From: Nostoc sp. DedSLP01
GTDB taxonomy: Bacteria; Cyanobacteriota; Cyanobacteriia; Cyanobacteriales; Nostocaceae
Reading direction: 5' to 3'
Length of the DNA: 21,713 nucleotides
NCBI GenBank assembly: GCA_034530875.2
Contig: JAVRCJ020000071.1
Location: 1 to 21,713, forward strand
Shown piece by piece: positions 1-7,042 of the stretch (position 1 is the stretch's first letter; every line of letters begins with the position of its first letter). Below the pieces are notes generated by a model that was not told the origin of the DNA, did not search any database, and saw nothing but the letters and a program-made list of their open reading frames with translations. Made by a program: the position numbers and the translations under genes.

Positions 1-82
1 CTTATTTTTGCGGTCTGACAACAGTAGTGTATTTTACTGCCTAAACTACCCCTTTCTTAAACCCCTACCCTTGAAAGCCCAT

Positions 83-116
83 CCTCCCACACCCCCCACA
101 CCTCCCACACCTCACA
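83..116. repeat. Short tandem repeat (9-mer CCTCCCACA x~3.8), STRR-like
   Basis: cctcccaca-ccccccaca-cctcccaca-cctcaca lies just downstream of the HlyD stop. Such short intergenic tandem repeats are typical of Nostocales. Confidence 0.75.
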
Positions 117-132
117 AGGCGCCACTCCCCAG

Positions 133-1638
133 TTAGACATCTGCAATTAGCCGCGCCTTTCTGAGGAAAAATTGCAGCACACTCTCTTCGCGGGAAATGA
201 TATCAACCTTACCCTCCATTCCTAATTGAATCTGACACTCATTTTTTCCTTTACCTAAAATCAGCTTTTCTGGCTCAATGGTGACTTCGTAGTAATTACC
301 AGCCCTTGGTGATTGCTGACTAACAGACGCATTACCAGTAGAACCATCGCCATCATTCCTTGGGGGAGCAATTGAATCTGGAGAAATCGTCTGGACTTTA
401 CCATTGAGAGTGCCATAATCTGGGTAAGGACAAGCACTAACCCGCATTTGGACTTTTTGCCCGATTTTTAACTTGTTCTTATCTTCGGATGCCACTGCTG
501 CTTTAATGACCTGAGCCACATCGCTAGGAACAATTTGCACTACTTGTTCGCCAGCACGCAAGGTTTGGCCTGTGTTGCGGAGATTAAGTTGAGAAATAAT
601 ACCATCAGCAGTGGCTTTAATCGTGGTTTGACTTAAATCTCTTTCTACTTGTTTGAGGTCGCTGGTATCTCGTTCTAGCTGTTTTTCCAGTTCAATTCTT
701 TGTTTAATTAGGGCTTGGCGGTCTTTTTCTAAAGTTGCTTTGTTGCTTTCGCCTGCGGCTTTTTCTTGGGCAATGCGTTCGGTAGCAACAGCGACTTCAG
801 CATCGCTGGGGTTGAGGGCAGTTTCGGCGCTTTGTCGTCTTGCGAGACTAGCGGACACTGCTTGTTGCAAACGTTCAATTGTTTGTTTTTGGGCCTCAAC
901 AGCACCTCGTTGCGCTTCTACTGATTGTTGTTGCTGTTTGGCAAGCAGTTGTGCTTCTTCTAATTGGTCTTTAGATAAAGCACCTACTTCTGCTACGGTT
1001 TGATAACGTTTTTCCTTTGATATTGCCGCACCCAAAGCTGCTTCGGCAGCAAGCAGATTTGCTTGTGCTGTTTTTAATTGTTCTTTTCCTACCTGCAATT
1101 CTCTTTGAGCAATTCTGACATTAGCATCAGCTTCTTGCAGTTCGGCAGCAGTAGTAATTTTTTTGTCTTTATATTGTCGGTAGCGACCGCTTAATTCGGC
1201 TTCGGCAGCTGTAATAGTTCGCTGAACGCGGTCGTTTTCGGCGCGAATTTGGTTGTTTAAGGCTTGAATCTGGGCATTGGTTTGCACCAGTTGTAATGTA
1301 CCTTGTTGGATACTAGCTTGGAGTTGAGTTTTTCTCGTTTGCAAGCGGGAATCATCAATGGTGGCAATAGCGTCTCCCTTTTTCACAACTTGATTTTCTT
1401 TGACATAAATCTGCATTACTTGGCCTTCGGTTATGGCTTGCACAACCCGCAATTCTCCAGCCGGACGCACAACCGCCTGTCCTTTAACTGTAACTTTATA
1501 TTTAGCGATCGCTGCCACTGGAATTCCTAAACAGAGAATGCCAATGATAATCATTCCCCCGAAGGTAGTCCAACGACCAAGCGGCGGTAAAAATTCGTTT
1601 GTTTCTATTGGGGGTATAAAATCTGTTTTGCTAACCAT
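133..1638 (-). CDS. HlyD-family membrane fusion/periplasmic adaptor protein of a type I/PCAT secretion system
   Basis: N-terminal TM segment, lipoyl-like motif (EGQVMQIYVKENQVVKKGD), long coiled coil, TIKATADGII and C-terminal YGTLNGKVQTISPD/LGMEG motifs. It lies directly downstream of the C39-ABC transporter. Confidence 0.93.
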   Translation of the reverse strand: MVSKTDFIPPIETNEFLPPLGRWTTFGGMIIIGILCLGIPVAAIAKYKVTVKGQAVVRPAGELRVVQAITEGQVMQIYVKENQVVKKGDAIATIDDSRLQTRKTQLQASIQQGTLQLVQTNAQIQALNNQIRAENDRVQRTITAAEAELSGRYRQYKDKKITTAAELQEADANVRIAQRELQVGKEQLKTAQANLLAAEAALGAAISKEKRYQTVAEVGALSKDQLEEAQLLAKQQQQSVEAQRGAVEAQKQTIERLQQAVSASLARRQSAETALNPSDAEVAVATERIAQEKAAGESNKATLEKDRQALIKQRIELEKQLERDTSDLKQVERDLSQTTIKATADGIISQLNLRNTGQTLRAGEQVVQIVPSDVAQVIKAAVASEDKNKLKIGQKVQMRVSACPYPDYGTLNGKVQTISPDSIAPPRNDGDGSTGNASVSQQSPRAGNYYEVTIEPEKLILGKGKNECQIQLGMEGKVDIISREESVLQFFLRKARLIADV

Positions 1639-1666
1639 AATTTAGTAAAGTTTTGAAAAATCCGAT

Positions 1667-3883
1667 TTAATTAATTGCAGCAGGCTTGCCGTTAACGTAA
1701 TTATTAGCTGCGATCGCTAAATCATTTTTCGCTGGAATAATATCATCTAGGTAATGTAAATGTTCGCCTTTGATTTGACGCAATTGTTCTGGCGTACCTT
1801 GAATTTGAATGCGTCCTTGGTCTAGCATGACAATCCAATCTGCTCGCTGGATGACTTTTGGACGGTGACTAATCAAAATAGTCGTCTTACCCTGGCGATA
1901 GTAAAGCAATTGCTCTAATACTTGTGCTTCGCTTACTGGGTCGAGGGCATTGGTAGATTCGTCTAAAATCAGAATCGGCGGTTGAGTAACTATTGCCCTC
2001 GCAATAGCTAACCTTTGCCGCTGTCCGCCAGAAAGATTGGCACCAAATTCTCCTAAAATAGTTTGATATTTATCGGGTAATTTGCTAATAAATTCATCTG
2101 CACCAGCAATCTGACAAGCTTGGACAATACTTTCAAAACTCATGTCAGGATAACTAAACAGAAAATTCTCGATAATTGAACGACTCCAAAAATGTGGTTC
2201 TTGAGGAACTAACACCACTTGTTGTCGCAGACATTCTAAAGACAAATCTTGTTGGTTATAAATACCATAACGAATATTACCCGACTGGCTTTTGTATAAA
2301 CCAGTAATTAATTTAGCCAAGCTACTCTTGCCGCACCCAGATTTCCCAATTACAGCTATTACTTTACTACCAGGAATAGTTAGGGAAAAATCTGACAATA
2401 GATCCACTCTACCTGCGTGGTGAAAGTTGAGCTGAGTGCAGGTAATATCTGCATCTCCAGGAATTTGCACCCAAGGCTTTTTAAAATCATTTTCATCTTC
2501 TGGAGTAGCATCAATCACTTCTGTTAAGCGTTGAATAACTATTTGAGCTGTAATGAATTCATCTATTAACCCAATGGTAGAACTCAGAAACCCCAGAAAA
2601 TTACCACTCAAGCCGTTATACGCAATTAATTGCCCGATACTTAGAGTCTGATTAATTACTAAGATGCTACCTAGCCAGAGTATCCCAATATTAATGAAAG
2701 TCGAAAGCACATCGACGACGGTGCCGCTATAAAGTTCTAATTTCATCATCCCCCAACCCAAGTTAGCAAGCCGACCGTAATTGCTTTGGTACTCTTCCCA
2801 AGCTTGGGGTGTGGCTTGGGTAGTTTTTAAGACTTGGACGCCACGAAAGGTTTCCACGAGAAAGCCTTGGTTTTCTGTACCCGAAACAATCATATTGCGG
2901 GTTTTGTGGCGCATAGCTGGCAAAAACAACAGACTCACACTCGTAATGACGATAAAAGCACTGATGGAAGCGAAAGTCAGTTGCCAACTGTAGAACAGCA
3001 TGATACCTAAGGAAACTACAGCAATAAAAAATTGGCTGGGTAACCCAAGGACAATTTGAGAAACAAGATTATTAATGGCATGAACATCAGCAATACGGCT
3101 AACAACTTCCCCACTGCGTCGGGTTTCAAAGTACGAGAGAGGCAAATGTAGGAGTTTGCGCCCATATTCTAGAATTAGCCCTAATTGGAATTTTTGAGCA
3201 AAATGACCAATTAGATGAGATTGCACTAAGCCAATCGTACTTCTAATCAGGTTCATCGCGATGACGCCAATTGCTACAGTCGCTAACAGTTGAGTGTCTC
3301 CTCGCACTAAGACATCATCTGTCAGCAGTTGCATCATAAATGGAGAAGCCAAAGCAAGGATACCGATCGCAATATTAATGGCGATCGCTTGGGCAATAAT
3401 AAAACGATAGGGATAAATTCTTTGGATATAACGCCCAATACCACCGATTTTATCTGACTCTTGGGTATAAAAGCGAGTTTCGTCAGGAAGCATCAGTAAC
3501 ATCACGCCATTGCTCCAACCCTCCATTAATTCTTTCAAATGGAGATAGCGGATGCCAATTCCAGGGTCAGCAATTACGTATTTTTTGCCTTTTTGTCCGT
3601 ATAATACTACCCAGTGATTACCTTTCCAGTGAATGATAGCTGGTAGGGATATTTTGTGCAGTTGGTCGATGAGTTGGGGAGTGGCTTTCGCTAGGCGCGC
3701 ATTAAATCCTAGTGTTTCTGCTCCCCGCTTCAAGCCTAATAAAGATGTGCCTTGGGAACCCGTACCCGATGCTTCACGGACGCGGTTGAGGGTAAAGGTG
3801 CGTCCATAGTGTTTGGCAATTGTGGCAATGCAAGCAGCACCACAATCCTCTTCATTATGTTGAAGAACAATCTGGTATTTCAT
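1667..3883 (-). CDS. Peptidase-containing ABC transporter (C39 peptidase + ABC TMD + NBD; SunT/LanT/PCAT type)
   Basis: C39 motifs QHNEEDCGAAC (catalytic Cys present), HWKGNHWVV (His) and IADP (Asp). Walker A GKSGCGKS, signature LSGGQRQR, Walker B ILILDE. The ATG at 3883 (MKYQIV) is preferred over the TTG at 3895. Confidence 0.95.
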   Translation of the reverse strand: MKYQIVLQHNEEDCGAACIATIAKHYGRTFTLNRVREASGTGSQGTSLLGLKRGAETLGFNARLAKATPQLIDQLHKISLPAIIHWKGNHWVVLYGQKGKKYVIADPGIGIRYLHLKELMEGWSNGVMLLMLPDETRFYTQESDKIGGIGRYIQRIYPYRFIIAQAIAINIAIGILALASPFMMQLLTDDVLVRGDTQLLATVAIGVIAMNLIRSTIGLVQSHLIGHFAQKFQLGLILEYGRKLLHLPLSYFETRRSGEVVSRIADVHAINNLVSQIVLGLPSQFFIAVVSLGIMLFYSWQLTFASISAFIVITSVSLLFLPAMRHKTRNMIVSGTENQGFLVETFRGVQVLKTTQATPQAWEEYQSNYGRLANLGWGMMKLELYSGTVVDVLSTFINIGILWLGSILVINQTLSIGQLIAYNGLSGNFLGFLSSTIGLIDEFITAQIVIQRLTEVIDATPEDENDFKKPWVQIPGDADITCTQLNFHHAGRVDLLSDFSLTIPGSKVIAVIGKSGCGKSSLAKLITGLYKSQSGNIRYGIYNQQDLSLECLRQQVVLVPQEPHFWSRSIIENFLFSYPDMSFESIVQACQIAGADEFISKLPDKYQTILGEFGANLSGGQRQRLAIARAIVTQPPILILDESTNALDPVSEAQVLEQLLYYRQGKTTILISHRPKVIQRADWIVMLDQGRIQIQGTPEQLRQIKGEHLHYLDDIIPAKNDLAIAANNYVNGKPAAIN

Positions 3884-3911
3884 TTTTAAGTGCAATGATT
3901 GGGGAGAAAAT

Positions 3912-3939
3912 TAAAGTCGGATCGAATGACCCGACTTTA
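3912..3939 (-). terminator. Hairpin/intrinsic terminator between precursor gene 1 and the PCAT gene
   Basis: Minus strand TAAAGTCGGGTC-ATTC-GATCCGACTTTA followed by ATTTT. The stem is fully paired on the minus strand using one G-U wobble. Confidence 0.6.
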
Positions 3940-4070
3940 TTCATATGAGCGTTTGGCTTGTCAGATCGGGCTTCGATCGCTTGGCTGACGCGCTAAAAAG
4001 TCATAGCGCTTGCTTTATCACCCATTTGCAGTATGTTTGAGAAATTCAAAACGTTGAATTTGCTTCAAAT

Positions 4071-4427
4071 TTACCTAATCCGATACAGATTTATATCGTA
4101 AGGATTGCCAGGAGTGCTGTTGTTGTATCTAAATTCATACACACCACCATTGGCCAAATTGTATTTCTTGGTTTGTACGTAGCCACTTCGACCGTCAGCA
4201 TCAAATTTAATTATTCCTCCGCTGTAGGCAGTCCATACAGCAGCACCATTGTAAGGCTTGGAGGCATATCCTGGTGATTTTGTACCATCAACATAATAAA
4301 CTACACTGTATTTCGTTTTGTTTCTAACCGTAAATACTTCGTATCCGCCAGTTAGTGTTTCGGCAGCTTGTTCGTCGAGTTCTTCGAGCAAACCTAAGCC
4401 TTCTAAGAGATTTTGATTGTTGGACAT
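4071..4427 (-). CDS. Double-glycine-leader secreted precursor 1 (28-aa leader + 90-aa basic, Tyr-rich core)
   Basis: Leader ends ELDEQAAETLTGG (L-12, L-4, GG), matching the PCAT leader consensus. Adjacent to the C39 transporter, preceded by purine-rich GAGAAG, and paralogous to 5429-5788. Confidence 0.88.
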   Translation of the reverse strand: MSNNQNLLEGLGLLEELDEQAAETLTGGYEVFTVRNKTKYSVVYYVDGTKSPGYASKPYNGAAVWTAYSGGIIKFDADGRSGYVQTKKYNLANGGVYEFRYNNSTPGNPYDINLYRIR

Positions 4428-4855
4428 AATTTTTCTTCTCGCTCTAAATTGAGTTCGTCGATTGATATTTGGTTAAAGAATAATTTTCCAAGTTAGAATT
4501 TCAAAAGTCAGAACGAGAAAGTGGTGGTTTGCGGCCTGTCACTCTCTGACAAAGCTAAGGCAGTAACTTGGCAGGGTTACCCTGCCAAAACTAGCTGCCA
4601 TTAAATCGCCAACAGGCGAGGCTTTGTATTTGTACCCACTCATAAATTTGCCGTGGTATTTTAGCGGTTTATTCATCCGTTAATCACACAGAATTCAATT
4701 GGAAGATTCTGGCGACTGACTCCTGAACTCTTTCTTGAGAAATTTTCCTTTACCTCATGTATACATTGTTGAAATACAGCAAAATTCAGAATTTGGAGGT
4801 CAAACAGCCTGCTATAGCTAGATTGTTTACTTCATCGATTTGAACTTCGCTATAT
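4428..4855 (-). ncRNA. Candidate structured 5' leader RNA of precursor 1 (unknown family)
   Basis: Hairpin 4774-4855, long-range stem 4471-4511/4716-4754, and internal hairpins 4679-4720, 4606-4619 and 4556-4603. Many + strand A-C mismatches become G-U pairs on the minus strand. The same helices form in the paralogous leader. Confidence 0.55.
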
Positions 4856-4857
4856 TT

Positions 4858-4874
4858 TGTAGTATTCCATGAAA
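4858..4874 (-). promoter_or_regulatory. Conserved putative promoter element (TGGAATACT, J-box-like -10) for precursor 1
   Basis: 17-bp block tgtagtattccatgaaa is identical at 6228-6244 while its flanks have diverged. It lies just 5' of the first leader hairpin. Confidence 0.45.
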
Positions 4875-5428
4875 CAAATTGATATTTGCTTAAAAAATAA
4901 TAAATTTTACTAGCCAAATCTACTGATATCTAACTAGAGCTATTTTTTTTCTGACAAGAAAATACTTAATAGCCTTTTCCTGTGGTTTTTTTGTAAATCA
5001 AGCAAGGCTGAGAACAAAACTCAAAACCAAAATCTCGTTATTAGCTGACGAAATCAAGATGACGATACTTGTAGGGAAAATAGCGATCGCCCCGGTAGTA
5101 CACAAGTATTAAATTAAAAACTCAAGTCGGCTCGAATAAGCTCACTTCAGGCTCGAACCTTCCGAACCCTCCTTCAAAATAAAGGAAATCAGTTCCCCAA
5201 TTCATCCGGGGGGTTGGAAGGATCTTCAGTTGCTAAATAGGGTTAAAAGTAAGCGTCTAGACCTAAATAGCGTACTTCACACTTGTTGAAATCTTTTGTG
5301 TATCAGCCTTTAGCTTGTCATATCTGACTTTTGATAGCTTAGCTGAGGCGCTACAAAGTCATAACGCTTGCCTCATACCCCATTTGCAGCCTCTTTGAGA
5401 AATTCAAAACAGTGAATCTGCTTTAAAT

Positions 5429-5788
5429 TTAGGCAACTCGATAGAGTTCTATATCATACGGATTGCCGACAGTAGTATTGTTGTATTGAAATTCATATAC
5501 TCCACCGTTGGCCAAATTGTATTTTTGGTTTATTACTACGTCGTCTCTACCGTCTTTGTCGAAGCTAATTATTCCTCCGCTGTAGGCAGTCCATACAACA
5601 GCACCGGTGTAAGGCCTTGAGCCATAGTCTGGCGATACTGTACCGTCAAGATAATATTTGACATTGTATCCCGTTCTGTTTCTAACCGTAAACACCTCAG
5701 TTTCGCCACCAGTAAGTGTTTCGGCAGCTTGTTCGTCGAGTTCTTCGAGCAAATCCAAGTCTTCTAAAAGGTTTTGATTGTTTGACAT
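5429..5788 (-). CDS. Double-glycine-leader secreted precursor 2 (28-aa leader + 91-aa acidic, Tyr-rich core)
   Basis: Leader 26/28 identical to precursor 1 and core about 64/89 identical by manual alignment. GGGAGAAG lies upstream of the ATG. Confidence 0.88.
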   Translation of the reverse strand: MSNNQNLLEDLDLLEELDEQAAETLTGGETEVFTVRNRTGYNVKYYLDGTVSPDYGSRPYTGAVVWTAYSGGIISFDKDGRDDVVINQKYNLANGGVYEFQYNNTTVGNPYDIELYRVA

Positions 5789-6221
5789 AACTTTTCTTCT
5801 CCCTTTAACAAGGTAGAGTTCATACAGAGATATTTGATTGAAGAAAAATTTCCAAGCTAGAATTCAGAATTAAAAACAAGAAAGTGGTGGTTTGCGCTCC
5901 ATTACTCTCTTACAAAGATGAGGCAATTTTTTGAAAGGTTCCCCAATTACTACTTAAAGGAACCGCCATCAAATCGCTGAAATTCGGCGCTTTAAAAAAT
6001 TTACACCAAATCTATGATTGGGTGTGATGTTTTACCTTTTATTCATGCGTCAGTCACACAGAATTAAATTAGAAAATTCTGGCGACTGACTCCTGAACTC
6101 TTTCTTGATAAATCTTGCTTCAGTTCATCGGTACATTGTTGCAATACAGCAAAATTCAAAATTGAGAAGTAAAACCCTCGAACTTTAGGTTGTATACTTT
6201 ATCAATTGAAATTTGCTGTAT
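5789..6221 (-). ncRNA. Candidate structured 5' leader RNA of precursor 2 (paralog of 4428-4855)
   Basis: Hairpin 6144-6221, long-range stem ~5835-5869/6091-6127, internal hairpins 6049-6090, 6003-6025 and ~5919-5971. Blocks 5879-5896 and 6076-6108 are identical to those in copy 1. Confidence 0.55.
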
Positions 6222-6227
6222 CTACTA

Positions 6228-6244
6228 TGTAGTATTCCATGAAA
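6228..6244 (-). promoter_or_regulatory. Conserved putative promoter element (TGGAATACT) for precursor 2
   Basis: Identical to 4858-4874 and in an equivalent position relative to the leader hairpin. Confidence 0.45.
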
Positions 6245-6921
6245 TAAATTTCTCGTATCTGAAAAGATAAGAAATTTAATAGTCAAACCATTGACATTTA
6301 AATAGATTTTTCTCTGCCGAGTAAATATTTACAGTCTTATTTATCTGTAGTTTGTACCAGTCAATCAAGGCTGAGAAAAGATTCCAGGTCAGCATTTGAT
6401 TTTTATTTAATAAAATAAAAATATAGCGATCGCCTGAGCAACAATAAAACCAACAATAATACATTATTGGAGAGAAAATTACGCCGGATCGTTCGATCCG
6501 AGTTAACTAAGAGCAAAATTGGTAAATTTCAACGCTCGAAATGAAATTAGTTTAAATGGCTGGAATATTGTTATATTCTCACTAATTTTATGACTACTAT
6601 TACTAATAAAAATTAGAGAATGGATTGCAAAGTTGCTGAAGATGACAATTTGTTAGGTTTGCTAGCTTTATTTTTAGAACTTGCTTCAGATTTGAAGATT
6701 ATATTTACAGGCTTTGAAACGAGCCATTAATAAAGCATTAGGGCTAGATATCATGGGTAAAAATTAAGCAAAATTTCAGAATAAAGAGCTTCTGAGAATA
6801 TTGGAGTCAGAATTTCCGAGAAGATGATGAATTAAGATACCAATCGTATTACAGCCTGATTTCTGGATGGTTTGGAAACAAGTCCTTGGTAAAGCTTTAC
6901 GATTCTTCATCCGTAAAAATT

Positions 6922-6989
6922 CTGCCAGACATAGCTGACGCGGCTACAATCTGATAAGATTTGCAACAAGTAGAATAATTGCTTATTCT
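6922..6989 (+). promoter_or_regulatory. Putative sigma70-type promoter and palindromic operator upstream of porin
   Basis: CTGCCA (6922-6927) - 17 bp - TACAAT (6945-6950), then a perfect inverted repeat AGAATAA-ttgc-TTATTCT at 6972-6989. Confidence 0.45.
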
Positions 6990-7042
6990 CTTTTTCTTGG
7001 ACCGACGGATTTTAGGTCTTTTTTGGGAAAGGAAAATAAAAA

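Larger units (their letters stand above)
3898..6505. repeat. Diverged tandem duplication of a ~1.2-1.35 kb precursor cassette bounded by three related hairpin sequences
   Basis: Homologous 3' trailers (3955-4070 / 5312-5428), CDSs, leaders, upstream caaggctgagaa blocks and HIP1 sites (5083, 6426). Boundary hairpin copies occur at ~3898-3940, ~5124-5147 and ~6466-6505. Confidence 0.85.

Noticed and set aside
653..2993. Short ORFs overlapping HlyD/PCAT (653-1003, 1303-1530, 1433-1645, 2763-2987, 2781-2993)
   Set aside because: Antisense or alternate-frame shadows of well-supported genes with no recognisable motifs. The same applies to the short ORFs inside the porin, ureF, kinase and A-T-R genes.
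4146..4225. Internal GG motifs (YSGG, ANGG) as extra C39 cleavage sites giving multiple cores
   Set aside because: They are not preceded by the acidic ELxxxxxxxLxGG leader helix and are more likely beta-turns.
4538..4605. Twister-ribozyme-like TAATGGCAGC...TGTCAGAGAG
   Set aside because: Lacks the P4 loop/pseudoknot elements and is not conserved in copy 2.
4590..4655. Resemblance of leader 1 (GGCAAA...ACAAAGC...ATGGCAGCTAG, minus strand) to a c-di-GMP-I riboswitch
   Set aside because: No GNRA-capped P2, no GACGCAAA core or tetraloop receptor, and these bases are poorly kept in leader 2. An Rfam scan would settle it.
4862..4875. NtcA-like site GTA-N8-AAC
   Set aside because: One mismatch in copy 1 and two in copy 2 relative to GTA-N8-TAC. 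The block is better explained as a -10 element.
6276..6464. 62-aa ORF
   Set aside because: AT-rich, no SD, and the homologous region of cassette 1 has no equivalent ORF in the track.
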